Origin: Longimicrobiales bacterium
Lineage (GTDB): Bacteria > Gemmatimonadota > Gemmatimonadetes > Longimicrobiales > Gaopeijiaceae
Assembly (NCBI GenBank): GCA_965218295.1
Contig: CBDCKN010000014.1
Span: 32,001-96,000, forward strand
Direction of reading: 5' to 3'
DNA: 64,000 nt
The notes under the pieces are model-generated. The model was given only the letters and a program-made list of their open reading frames with translations. It was not told where the DNA came from and searched no databases. The position numbers and the translations under genes are program-made. This document shows positions 1 through 10,379 of this stretch, piece by piece; position 1 is the first letter of the stretch, and the number at the start of each line of letters is the position of its first letter.

Positions 1-425
1 CTGCTGCCTACGACAAGGCAGCTGGATCCTGCTCAAGCGGAAGGAGAAAGCCAAGCTCTCCACCATCGAGATGGTGAACCGCCCTCTCTACAGGGCCTAC
101 CTCCTCAAGGAAAGCTTCCTGAACCTCTTCCGCTCCGCCACCCGGGCCGAAGCCGAAAGGGGGCTCAAGGCCTGGCTCGCCTGGGCCTCCGGCTCCCGCC
201 TCCAACCCTTTGTAAAACTAGCCCGCACCGTACGAAAACACCAGGAGGGGATCCTCCGGGCCATCGAATCCCGGCTCACCAATGCCCGGCTGGAAGGGAT
301 GAACAACAAGATCCGCCTCCTCCACCGGGCCTACGGCTTCCACTCCGCCCAGGCCCTCATCGCCATGATCTATCTGTGCTGTTCTAACATAGAGCTGCCC
401 CAGCTACGCCTGTCTTAGGAGAACC
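1..425 (+). mobile_element. ISL3-family transposase, 3' part (runs off window start)
   Basis: ORF 71..418 has RAYLLKE and TNARLEGMNNKIR..AYGF, typical of the ISL3 C-terminus; AGAACC just after the stop resembles an ISL3 end. Confidence 0.85.
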
Positions 426-703
426 ACAAGGTCTTCGTGGCCGGTTCGTCACCCCGATCGACGGGCGGCCGCCTCCGCGCCGGGTTGGAGCCGCCGGGCT
501 TCCGTGGCCGGTTCTCTCTCCGCCGGCGCTCTGACAGGTCGCTGAGGAACGACAGTGGGCCGCGTTGCGAGCGCCGTCGGTGCAGCCGCAAGGCGGTGCG
601 AGCACGCGATGCCCCGGGCGCTCGGGACGGCCGATGCCCTTGAATTTGTCCGCCGGAACGTGGATCATGGTGCGTTCACGTTTCCTCCTCCCTCGGTCGA
701 ACG

Positions 704-2998
704 ATGAAGCTCCTCTTCCGATTCCGACGCGGGCGTACGGACGGGTCACCCCGCCCTCCCGGACCCGTGCCCGCCCCACTTTGCACCCCCGTCTTCGCTC
801 TCCTCCTGTGGGCGCTTCCGACCCCGGGGCACGCCCAGGCGCAGGGCAGACCCAATCCGGCCCCTCCCAGGAGCTGGCCCGTCGATCCCGAAACCGCGCC
901 CCGACCCGTCGCCCGGGCCACGTTCACGCCGGAGCCGATCGTGGTGGACGGGCGCCTCACCGAAGATGCGTGGAAGACCGGCGAGCCCGTCACGGAGCTC
1001 GTCCAGAGGGAGCCCCGCACCGGGTACCCCGGGACCGAGCGGACCGAGATCACGTTCCTCTACGATCAGGACGCCGTTTATGTCGGCGCGGTGTTCCACG
1101 ACGCGGACATGGGCGGGCTGATGTACGGGGGTCTGGAGAACGACTTCCAGCCCACGGCCGGCGACATGTTCGTGGTTACCCTCGATACCTTCCGCGACCG
1201 CCGAAACGGCTTCGTGTTCGCGATAGACCCCAGCGGGGCCGTCTGGGACGCGCAGATCTCCAACGACGGTCGAACCGTCAACCGTGCCTGGGACGGCGTC
1301 GTGCACGTGAAGACGGAAGTCACGGACACCGCCTGGGTCGTGGAGATGGCGATTCCCTTGACAACCCTCCGGTTCGACCCGAGCCGGGTGGAGGAGGGTT
1401 GGGGACTCCAGCTCTTGCGCCGGATCCGCCGGAAGAACGAGTGGCTCTACTGGGCCCCCCTGGACCGGGCGTACAACGGCTTCTTCGTGTCCAGGGCGGG
1501 CGCCCTGGTCGGCCTCTCCGGCCTTCGGCAGGGCCGGAACCTGACGGTGAAGCCGTACCTCCTGGCGGAGGACGTGTCGGGGACCCTGACGGCCGGGGCC
1601 GAGGAGGGGAAGGGCTACGACGCGGGGGTGGACCTCAAGTACGGGCTCACCCCCGGGGTCACCATGGACCTCACCTACCGGACGGACTTCGCCCAGGTGG
1701 AGGTGGACCAGGAACAGGTGAACCTGACCCGATTTCCGCTGTTTTTCCCCGAGCAGCGGGATTTCTTCCTGGAGAACGCCGGTATCTTCACTTTCGGCGA
1801 CGCACGGGACCGGAGTCTCCGGACGAGCACCGCGCTCAGGGACTTCGTCCTGTTCCACACGAGGCGGATCGGCCTCGCCGGGGGACGCCCGATCCCCATC
1901 GTAGGGGGCGGCCGGATCACGGGGCGGCTCGACCGGTACGAGTTCGGCCTCCTGAACATACAGACGGAGTCCGCGGGCGAGACGCCATCCGAGAACTTCA
2001 CCGCGCTGCGTCTCCGGAGGAACATCCTCAGGAACTCCGAAGCCGGCGTCATTCTCCTGAACCGGGAGGCCATCGGCGCCGACGGCGGGTACAACCGGAG
2101 CTACGGGGCCGACCTGAACCTCCATTTCCTCGGGCGCCTGTTCATCGATTCGTACCTGGCGGGAACGGAGGGTTCGGGAGAAGACGCGGACGGAACCGCC
2201 GGGCGGATCTCGGTCGGCTGGCGCGACCGGCTCTGGAACACATCCGCCTTCGTGAAGAGGGTGGGGCGGAACTTCGGTCCCGGGCTGGGATTTGTCCCTC
2301 GTCGCGGGATCCACCACTTCTACGGCACCGTGGGCGTCCATCCCCGGCCCCGTGCCTCCTGGCTCCAGGAGGTGAATCCCTTCGCCGAAGTGGACTACAT
2401 CACCGACCTGCGGTCGGCGCTGGAGACCCGGATCGTCAACCTGGGGTTCGTGGTGAAGTTCTGGGACTCAGCCACCCTGAGCTTCGAGTACGAGGACCGG
2501 TACGAGCGGCTGGAGGAGCCGTTCCGGGTCTTCCAGGGGGCCGTGATCCCGGCCGGCAGCTACGATTTCCGGGACGTGAGCGTCCGCTACCAGACGGGAC
2601 TCGGGCGGGACCTGAACGGGAACGTCCGGGTCTCGTCGGGAGGCTTCTTCGACGGCGAGAAGCGCTCCGTCGGGCTGGGCGCGGACTGGCGCCTGCGCTA
2701 CGATCTGAAGCTGGAGCTCCTTCTGGACCGCAACGAGGTAGAGCTGCCGGACGCCTCCTTCACGGCGGATGTCGGCGCCGTCCGGGTGGAATATGCGTTC
2801 TCCACGAGGCTCTTCGGGAGCGCCTTCGTCCAGTACAACGCCGAGTCCGACCAGATGGTGACTAGCATCCGGGTGGACCTCCGGTACTCGCCTCTGAGCA
2901 ACGTGTTCCTGGTCTACACCAAGCGACGGGACCTGCGGGCCTCGGTGCTGCTCGAGCGGTTGTTTTCTCTGAAGGCGACGAGGCTTCTCGCGTTCTGA
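704..2998 (+). CDS. CBM9-like/DUF5916 outer-membrane protein
   Basis: Signal-like N-terminus, IVVDGRLTEDAW, DFAQVEVD..QVNLTRFPLFFPEQRDFFLEN motif, beta-barrel-like C-terminus ending in F. Confidence 0.85.
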   Translation: MKLLFRFRRGRTDGSPRPPGPVPAPLCTPVFALLLWALPTPGHAQAQGRPNPAPPRSWPVDPETAPRPVARATFTPEPIVVDGRLTEDAWKTGEPVTELVQREPRTGYPGTERTEITFLYDQDAVYVGAVFHDADMGGLMYGGLENDFQPTAGDMFVVTLDTFRDRRNGFVFAIDPSGAVWDAQISNDGRTVNRAWDGVVHVKTEVTDTAWVVEMAIPLTTLRFDPSRVEEGWGLQLLRRIRRKNEWLYWAPLDRAYNGFFVSRAGALVGLSGLRQGRNLTVKPYLLAEDVSGTLTAGAEEGKGYDAGVDLKYGLTPGVTMDLTYRTDFAQVEVDQEQVNLTRFPLFFPEQRDFFLENAGIFTFGDARDRSLRTSTALRDFVLFHTRRIGLAGGRPIPIVGGGRITGRLDRYEFGLLNIQTESAGETPSENFTALRLRRNILRNSEAGVILLNREAIGADGGYNRSYGADLNLHFLGRLFIDSYLAGTEGSGEDADGTAGRISVGWRDRLWNTSAFVKRVGRNFGPGLGFVPRRGIHHFYGTVGVHPRPRASWLQEVNPFAEVDYITDLRSALETRIVNLGFVVKFWDSATLSFEYEDRYERLEEPFRVFQGAVIPAGSYDFRDVSVRYQTGLGRDLNGNVRVSSGGFFDGEKRSVGLGADWRLRYDLKLELLLDRNEVELPDASFTADVGAVRVEYAFSTRLFGSAFVQYNAESDQMVTSIRVDLRYSPLSNVFLVYTKRRDLRASVLLERLFSLKATRLLAF

Positions 2999-3110
2999 TT
3001 GGGGCGGGCGGCACGGGCGCCGCCGGGCGCGCCCGGCAGGAGTTCCGAGCGGCCCCGCCAGGCGCGGGCAGACGAACTGGGAGAGAAGAGAGACGAGGAA
3101 GGAGGCGGTC

Positions 3111-3630
3111 GTGAGCGAGCCTCTCGTGCTGACGGAGAGGATGAGCGTGGGGTCATCACCCTGACCCTGAACCGGCCCGAGGTGCACAACGCTTACAACG
3201 AGGGCATGCTCCGAGAGATCGAAGGCGGGCTGGACCGGTTGGCGAGGGATCCAGGGGTCAGGGCTCTCGTGATCCTGTCGAACGGGAAGCACTTCCAGGC
3301 GGAGCCGACCTCCTTCCTCCGCACGGTGGCCGACCTGCCGCCGGAGGCGAGGCTCGAGCTTTCCCGGCTCACATGCAACGTGATGCGGAAGCTCAACGGG
3401 TTCCCGGCCCTCACCATGACGCTGGTCCATGGGGCGTGCTACGGGGGCGGCTGCGGCTTCGTCGCCTGCAGCGACGTGGCGGTGGCCTCGGACGACGCCG
3501 TCTTCGCCCTCACCGAGGTCCGGGTGGGGCAGGTTCCGAGCCCCATCGCCCACTACTTGAACTCGGCCATGGGGGAGCGGAAGGGCTCGCGGCCTTCGTG
3601 GAGAAGCGGAGACCGACCTGGGTCCCGTGA
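3111..3630 (+). pseudogene. Enoyl-CoA hydratase/isomerase, frameshifted and internally deleted
   Basis: LTLNRPEVHNA, VHGACYGGGCG and FALTEVRVG in one frame; the GTG start (3111, after AGGAGG) and C-terminal EGLAAFVEKRRPTW are in other frames. Confidence 0.8.
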
Positions 3631-4005
3631 TCGCCCCCCGGGGATCCGCAGTGCGACGTCGTCCCTCCCGATCCGCCGCGTCTGGGAGTACTCCCCGGGA
3701 TCCGCCCCTCCCTGCCCGCCGACGCCCCGGAGGAGATACGCTGTGCCCGCTCCGGGGGCCGGCGTCCTAGAAGAAGCTTGACCTCGCGCACGGTCCCAGC
3801 TAAATAGTGAGGGTGTGGGGCCACTATCGCCTTTGTCATCGGCGAGCCGGTCCGCGGTTGGCAAGTACCAGCTGCGGGTGGGTTCCAGAGGATGGCCGGG
3901 TCTAGGGGCCGACGGAACTCGCCCGTCCGAGCGACTTGGGCATCCCGTCCATCTCGCGCCCGGATTAAAGATCCGAGCGATGCTGAGACCGAGCGATGAA
4001 GCCCC

Positions 4006-5098
4006 AAGATCGAAGATCCCCGCACCGGTGGTGACGTGGGTCGCTACCTCTCTCCCTACCAGTCGGACGAAGACAGCCTCTTCTTCCAGACCTTCAACCG
4101 CAACAAGCGGAGCCTAGCCTGGACCTGAGCAACCCGGACGGCCGGAAGGTCCTTCTTGATCTCGTCCGAACGGCCGACGCCGTCTACTCGAACCTGAGGG
4201 GCGACGTCCCGGAGCGCCTGGCGATCCGCTACGACGACCTGAAGCACGTGAACCCGGCCATCGTGTGCTGTTCCCTCTCGGGCTACGGGATGACCGGGCC
4301 GCGCCGCGGCGAACCTTCCTACGACTACATGATCCAGGGCATGGCGGGGTGGATGGACCTCACCGGCGAGCCCGAGGGGCCTCCCGTGAAGACCGGACTC
4401 TCCCTGGTGGACTTTAGTGGCGGTACGTGGCGGCCCTCTCCATGATGATCGGTATCCATGCCGCCCGCCGTGACGGGGTCGGGATGGACTGCGACGTCAG
4501 CCTGTTCGACGTGGCGATGGGGATGCTCACGTACCTCGCCACGTGGCATCTCTCGGCCGGATACGAGCCCGCCCGCACCCGCCATTCGGCTCACCCGTCC
4601 CTGGTGCCGTTCCAAAACTTCGAGACCTTGGACGGGTGGATCGTGGTGGGCTGCGCGAAGCAGAAGTTCTGGCAGCGTCTGTGTCACACCATGGGACGGC
4701 CCGAGCTCCTGGAGGACGAGCGCTTCGCCGACTTTCGGCGCCGGCATGAGAACAGGGAGATCCTGCTTCCCATCCTGGAGGAGGTTTTCCGGGGAGACAC
4801 CTCCCGGAGCTGGTTGGAAAAGCTGGGTCGTGCCAAGGTCCCCTGTTCAGGGGTCAATCGCGTCGCCGAAGCGTTCCGGGAGCCGCAGGCCGAGGCCCGC
4901 AACCTCGTCGTCGAGACCGCCCACCCCCACTTCGGAACGATCCGGCAGGTCGCGAGTCCCGTCCGGGTCGGCAGCCACCCCCCCGAACACCGCCCGGCGC
5001 CCGCGCGGAACGCCGAAGCCGATTACGTCCTCAGGGAGATCCTAGAGTACCCGGAGGACCGGATTCGCGAGCTGGCAGCGGCGGGCGCGTTCGGATAG
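4006..5098 (+). pseudogene. CaiB/BaiF class III CoA-transferase, 5'-truncated and frameshifted
   Basis: KIEDP..GGDVGRY..FNRNKRSL, SLSGYGMTGP..YDYMIQG and the C-terminal half lie in different frames. Confidence 0.85.
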
Positions 5099-5110
5099 CG
5101 ACCGCCGGAT

Positions 5111-6331
5111 ATGCCCCAGCGGGCGGCTCCCGCCGGAGGCGGAGGCCCACTCTCCGGGATCCGGGTGGTGGACGTGGCCACCTTCGTGGCCGCGCCGTTC
5201 TGCGCGGTGCTCCTGGGGGAGTTCGGCGCCCAGGTGATCAAGGTGGAGATGCCGGGGAAGGGGGACCCCCTTCGGCAGTTCGGCGAGAAGTACAACGGGG
5301 TGAGCCTCCTCTGGGCTCAGGAGAACCGGAACAAGAAGGGGGTGACCTGCGACCTGCGAACCCCCGAGGGCCAGGAGATCCTGAAACGGCTGGTGGGGCG
5401 GAGCGACGTGCTGGTGGAGAACTTCAGGCCGGGGACCCTGGAGCGGTGGAACCTCGGCTACGATGCGCTCCGGGAGGTGAATCCACGCCTCGTGATGGCC
5501 CGGATCTCCGCATACGGCCAGACGGGTCCCTACCGGCACAAGGCGGGCTTCGCCAGGGTCGCCCACGCGTTCGGGGGGCTCTCCTACCTGGCGGGGTATC
5601 CGGACCGCCCCCCGGTGAACCCGGGCTCGGCCACCATCGCCGACTACCTCTCCGGCCTCTTCGCCGCGTTCGCGGTCATGGTCGCCCTGGAGCACCGGCA
5701 CCGGACGGGAGAGGGGCAGTCGATCGACATCTCCCTATACGAGTCGATCTTCCGCATCCTGGACAACCTCGCCGCCGTCTACGACAAGCTCGGGATGGTC
5801 AGGGAGCGGATCGGGACCGGCACCGTGCACGTCGTCCCGCACAACCATTATCCTACGGGGGACGGCAAGTGGGTCGCTATCGCGTGCACCAGCGACCGGA
5901 TGTTCGGGTGCCTGGCCGGCGCCATGGGGCGGGAGGAGTTGGCCCGGGACCCGCGCTACCGGACCAACGCCGACCGGGTGCAGCACCGGGAGCAGGTAGA
6001 CCGGATCGTCTCTGAGTGGACCAGGGGCTACAGAATGAAGGAGCTCATCGCCCTCCTGGACGCCGCGGAGGTGCCGGTGGGTCCCATCAACAGCATCGCG
6101 GACATCTTCCGGGATTCGCAGTTCGAGGCGCGGGGATCGATGGTGGAGATCGAGGATCCGGTCCTGGGCAGGCTCAGGATGCCCGGAATCGTTCCCAGGA
6201 TGAGCCGGAGCCCGGGGGAGGTGCGCCGTCTCGCCCCCGCCCTCGGGGAGCACAACGAGGAAGTCTACGAAGGTCTCCTGGGCTACACGGCCCGGGAGTT
6301 CGCCGACCTGGAGCGCAGGGGGGTCATCTGA
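5111..6331 (+). CDS. CaiB/BaiF class III CoA-transferase
   Basis: PLSGIRVVD, NRNKKG, VENFRPGTLERW, ISAYGQTGPY, APALGEHNEEV. Confidence 0.93.
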   Translation: MPQRAAPAGGGGPLSGIRVVDVATFVAAPFCAVLLGEFGAQVIKVEMPGKGDPLRQFGEKYNGVSLLWAQENRNKKGVTCDLRTPEGQEILKRLVGRSDVLVENFRPGTLERWNLGYDALREVNPRLVMARISAYGQTGPYRHKAGFARVAHAFGGLSYLAGYPDRPPVNPGSATIADYLSGLFAAFAVMVALEHRHRTGEGQSIDISLYESIFRILDNLAAVYDKLGMVRERIGTGTVHVVPHNHYPTGDGKWVAIACTSDRMFGCLAGAMGREELARDPRYRTNADRVQHREQVDRIVSEWTRGYRMKELIALLDAAEVPVGPINSIADIFRDSQFEARGSMVEIEDPVLGRLRMPGIVPRMSRSPGEVRRLAPALGEHNEEVYEGLLGYTAREFADLERRGVI

Positions 6332-6335
6332 GGCG

Positions 6336-7673
6336 ATGACCGGGTATCCGATTCTGTTCTTCCTTCTGGACGGCCTCGGCGACTGGCCCTGCCGGGAGCT
6401 GGGCGGCGCCACGCCCCTGGAGGCCGCCCACACGCCCGCCCTCGACGCCGTTACGGCCCGGGGTGCCAACGGGATCGTCTACCCGCTGGGGGCGGGCCGC
6501 TGCCCCAGCAGCGAGCGCGCTCAGTGGGCGTTCCTGGGGTACCGGCCCGAGCGCTTCCCGGGCCGCGCCGCCCTGGAGGCGGAGGGGGCGGGCCTCCACG
6601 TGCCGCTGGGGACCGTGTGCGCATACGCCGCGCTTCGGAGCGCGCGCCCCGAAGGGGGATACCTGCGTCTCCAGGGCCGGTACCGGGAGGCGGAGGAAGA
6701 GGACGCGAGCGAGCTCCTGGCTGCGGTGGACCGGCTGGCCTTCCACGGCATCCTCTTCCATATACGGCCCATCGAGCGCGGAGATGCCCTCCTCACCCTG
6801 GGCGGGTGTGGGAGTGCCGAGGTGACCGACTCCGACCCGTTCTCGACGGACCGGCCGGTCCTCCTCGTCGAGGCTCGGGAGGAGGCCGCCGACCCCGCGG
6901 CGGCCGAGAGGACCGCCACGGCGCTGAACCGTTATCTCCTGCACTCCCACCGGGTGCTGGACCAGCATCCGGTGAACCGGCGCAGGAGGCAGGAAGGATC
7001 GCTTCCCCTGAACGTGCTGGTCACGAAGTGGATCGGTCGTCGAGGGCCCGTAGAGCCGCTGAACGGCCACGTGGGAGGTCCGGCAGCGATCGTCTCCAGC
7101 GTGCCGATGTACCGCGGGTTGGCGGTGGTGGTGGCGGCCGACTACCACCACGTCCCCGAGTCGGATCCCGAGTCGGAGGTGACGGCGAAGGTGGAGCAGG
7201 CCCTCGAGCTGGTGAAGGACGGGCACGCGTTCGTCTACGTGCACACGAAAGCCCCGGACGAGGCGGCGCACCGGGGCGATCCCGTGGAGAAGATGCGCGT
7301 CATCGAGGGGATCGACCGGGCGATGGCCCCCCTGGTAGAAGAGGCCGGGGAGTTCGTCCTGGCCGTGACCGCCGACCATACCACACCGACCTGGGGCCCC
7401 CTACTCCATTCGGGCGACGCGGTGCCCCTGGCGGTCGCCGCACCCTCCGCCCGAGTCGACGACGTGGAGCGGTTCGGGGAACGGGCCGCGGCCCGGGGGT
7501 CGCTGGGGACGCTCCGGGGCGAGGACTTGCTTCCGGTCCTGGTCAACCTCTCGGGCCGCGGGCGCTTCCTGGGGAGCCGGCACGGGCGGATCTCCACCGC
7601 CGCGACGTCGACGGACCTGCCGCTCCTTTCGGTGGACGGGTCGCCAGCTCAATCGAGCCTTCGGGGAGTCACC
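6336..7673 (+). CDS. ApgM-type cofactor-independent phosphoglycerate mutase-like metalloenzyme (no stop codon; in frame with the downstream ACAD)
   Basis: LDGLGD, TPLEAAHTPALD, PSSERAQ, HTKAPDEAAH, TADHTTP, HSGDAVP metal-binding motifs. Confidence 0.85.
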
Positions 7674-8909
7674 ATGGACCTACACGACAGATCGGATCAC
7701 CTGAACGCAATCCACGAGAAAATCGACCGCCTGTACGAGGAGACGGTACGGCCGCTGGAGGAGCGGCTGGCCCACCGCTTCCAGGACAGCCGACTCTACC
7801 TGGACGAGCAGGGGAGGCGCCACCCGGAGATCTCCGAGGCGCGGCGGGAGATCATGCGGGCCGCCGGGAAGGCGGGAATCTACAGCCTCCACCTCCCCGA
7901 AGAGATCGGTGGCGGGGGGCTCGGGCGCGCCGACATGCTGGAGGTGGAGGAGCACGTTTACCGGTACGGCGTGGGCCTGAACCCCGCCATTCTCTCCTGG
8001 TCCGAGGGAGCCGCGCCGCGCGTCATCTTCTCCCGTCCGGAGCAGTGGGAGGAGTACGTCGATCCCCTGGTCCGCGGTGAGTGCACGAGCCTCCACGGGG
8101 TGACGGAGCCCCAGGCGGGATCCAACTTCTTCGACTTCAGGGCCGATGCCGTGCGGAGGGACGGCAAGTGGATCCTGAACGGGCACAAGGCGTTCATCAC
8201 CAATGTCTTCGAGGCGGACATCGCCCAGGTGCTGGTGGTCACGGATCCGAACGAGCGCCGCCGCCGGTTCACCTACTTCCAGTTCAGGACGAAGGAGTTC
8301 CTGGGCAGGGGCTTCCGCCCCGGCCGCGTGTACCAGACCATGTTCGACGACGGGCTTACCGGGGAGTTCTTCATGGAGGACCTCGAGCTCTCCGACGAGC
8401 ACATGCTGGGGGAGCGAGGTCAGGGGTTCGAGATCGCCATGACCTCCATCAACTGGACGAGGATGCGCCGAGGCGGGATGTGCGCCGGATGGGGCGCCTA
8501 CCTCATCGACCGGTCCCTGGAGCGGGCAAGGACCCGGGAGATCGGAGGCCGTCCTCTGGGCAGCCGGCAGGGGATCCAGTGGATGATCGCCGACATGTAC
8601 CTGGACTGGTACCAGGCTCGAGCCCTCTCCCTCTCCTGCGCCAGGGAGCTGGACGACCCGGGACCGTGGTGGAAGGCCCGGTCGCCGGAGGACATCCGGA
8701 GGGTCTGCCTGGTGAAGCTGTCGAACGATGAAGCGTTCTACCGGATCGCCGACCGGGCCGTCCAGATCCACGGAGGGGCGGGGATGATGAAGGCCAGCCC
8801 GGTGAACAAGCTCTTCCTGATCGCCCGCAACCTGCGCGTGCCCGGCGGGTCCGACGAGATCCAGCGCACCACCATCGCCGAGACCCTAGGGCTCAAGTTC
8901 AGGGGCTAG
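7674..8909 (+). CDS. Acyl-CoA dehydrogenase
   Basis: Own ATG at 7674 with GGGGAG RBS; TEPQAGSN, WILNGHKAFITN, AVQIHGGAG, GGSDEIQR. Confidence 0.9.
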   Translation: MDLHDRSDHLNAIHEKIDRLYEETVRPLEERLAHRFQDSRLYLDEQGRRHPEISEARREIMRAAGKAGIYSLHLPEEIGGGGLGRADMLEVEEHVYRYGVGLNPAILSWSEGAAPRVIFSRPEQWEEYVDPLVRGECTSLHGVTEPQAGSNFFDFRADAVRRDGKWILNGHKAFITNVFEADIAQVLVVTDPNERRRRFTYFQFRTKEFLGRGFRPGRVYQTMFDDGLTGEFFMEDLELSDEHMLGERGQGFEIAMTSINWTRMRRGGMCAGWGAYLIDRSLERARTREIGGRPLGSRQGIQWMIADMYLDWYQARALSLSCARELDDPGPWWKARSPEDIRRVCLVKLSNDEAFYRIADRAVQIHGGAGMMKASPVNKLFLIARNLRVPGGSDEIQRTTIAETLGLKFRG

Positions 8910-8923
8910 AGGAGGCTCCCGAC

Positions 8924-9256
8924 ATGAAGTTGAACGTGGCGGTAGAAGCTTGCGAGGCTCTGGCGGGGCGCCCTGCTGAGCCGGGGGAGATCTACGAGCT
9001 GAGGGTGGTGCTGTATCCAGTGAGCAGGTACTTCGCGGCGGGGAGTCGGATCCAGGTGGAGGTGACGAGGAGCAACTTCCCGCCGTTCGCCCGGAACCTG
9101 AACACCGGGGTGAGCTCGGACACCACGACGGCGATGCGGCGGGCGACCACGCGGATCTATCACGATGCGGAGCGCCCGTCCCGCATCGTGCTCCCCCTGG
9201 TGCCCGTGCGGGGTGGCCACGGACCGGGTGGCTGCGGCCTGGTAGAGGGGGATTAG
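8924..9256 (+). pseudogene. CocE/NonD hydrolase C-terminal fragment
   Basis: PGEIYEL..GSRIQVEVTRSNFPPFARNLNTG..IYHDAERPSRIVLP with no catalytic domain. Confidence 0.8.
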
Positions 9257-9257
9257 T

Positions 9258-9851
9258 GTGTTCCTACTCGGGCCCACCCTGCCTCCCCCAACGCCCGACG
9301 GCTCCATCGTCCCCGAGGGGATGGTCCACGGCCGGTTCCAGCCCTTCCATCTGGGACACCTGGAGTACGTGCTGGAGGCGGCCCGCCGCTGCCAGCAGCT
9401 TCTCGTCGGGCTCACGAACCCGGATCCTCTCCGCACCCGCTTCGAGGCGGACGATCCGCACCGAAGCGATCCGGCGGCCAACCCGTTCCCCTACCATGTG
9501 CGCTGCCTCATGGTGCAGCGTTCGCTGGTGGAGGCCGGGGTGGATGCCGGCCGGTTCACCATCGTCCCCTTTCCCATCCACGACTCGCACCTGTGGGCCC
9601 ACTACGTTCCCACCGGCGTCACGCACTTTCTCCGGGTGCTCTCGCCCTGGGGCGTGACGAAGATCCGGCGGCTCAGGGCGGCCGGCTACCCGGTGGTGGA
9701 CCTGGCCAGGGAGGGAATCAACACCGTCTCGGGAACGGAGGTCCGAAGAAGGTGGCGCGGAGGAGACGACTGGCGGGCCCTGGTCCCCGAGGCGGTGGCC
9801 GAGATCATGGTGATGATTCCCGTCACGGGACTCATCCACGGGGTCCGCTGA
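9258..9851 (+). CDS. Cytidylyltransferase-like/NMN adenylyltransferase family protein
   Basis: HGRFQPFHLGH (HxGH), ANPFPY, SGTEVR. Confidence 0.85.
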   Translation: MFLLGPTLPPPTPDGSIVPEGMVHGRFQPFHLGHLEYVLEAARRCQQLLVGLTNPDPLRTRFEADDPHRSDPAANPFPYHVRCLMVQRSLVEAGVDAGRFTIVPFPIHDSHLWAHYVPTGVTHFLRVLSPWGVTKIRRLRAAGYPVVDLAREGINTVSGTEVRRRWRGGDDWRALVPEAVAEIMVMIPVTGLIHGVR

Positions 9852-9868
9852 GAGGAGGCCCGGGAGCA

Positions 9869-10282
9869 ATGGGTCCTGCAGCGGTCGACGAAGTGGAGAC
9901 GAGTGGCGGGCGGGCCGCGTAAAGGGCGTGCGGAGAGGGGCCCCCCTTGATGCTCCTTCACGGGATCCCGTCCTCGGGATACATGTGGAGGAACGTCGCT
10001 CGGTTGCTGGCCGACGAGTTCACGGTCGTAGTCCCGATCTGATCGGCTCCATGCCCTGAACGGGACCGATCTTACGGAGAACCGTGAAGCAATCGAAGCC
10101 TATACGGCCCGGTGCTCATCCTCTGGGGCGAGCAGGACCCTTTCCAGCCACTGGAGGTGGGGAGGCGACTCGCGACGGGTCTCCGGAACGCTCGGCTCGT
10201 GACCTTTCAGAACACCGGCCACTGGGCCAGGGACGATTCCCCCGGGGAGATCTCGCGCGAGATCCAGGATTTCGCGCGGTAG
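9869..10282 (+). pseudogene. Alpha/beta hydrolase remnant
   Basis: GPPLMLLHGIPSSGYMWRNVARLLADEFTVVVP after an in-frame stop; no intact ORF. Confidence 0.65.
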
Positions 10283-10306
10283 CCGGGCGGGCCCTGATCC
10301 CCGCGG

Positions 10307-10340
10307 GTGGCCGGGATCCTGGAGAGAGGATCCCGGCCAC
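10307..10340. terminator. GC-rich hairpin downstream of CocE (also at 37461..37494)
   Basis: GTGGCCGGGATCCT-6nt-AGGATCCCGGCCAC perfect 14-bp stem; no clear U-tract. Confidence 0.55.
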
Positions 10341-10379
10341 TGCTCCGGTTGCGGGGACGCGTTGATGTGGACGAAAGCC

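Noticed and set aside
565..2865. Long overlapping ORFs (766 aa here, also 6524..8080, 15513..16976, 47463..49091)
   Set aside because: Arg/Gly/Pro-rich or antisense shadow frames of real high-GC genes
3778..3920. Promoter and possible riboswitch
   Set aside because: Weak TTGACC-17bp-TAAATA match only; no recognisable aptamer
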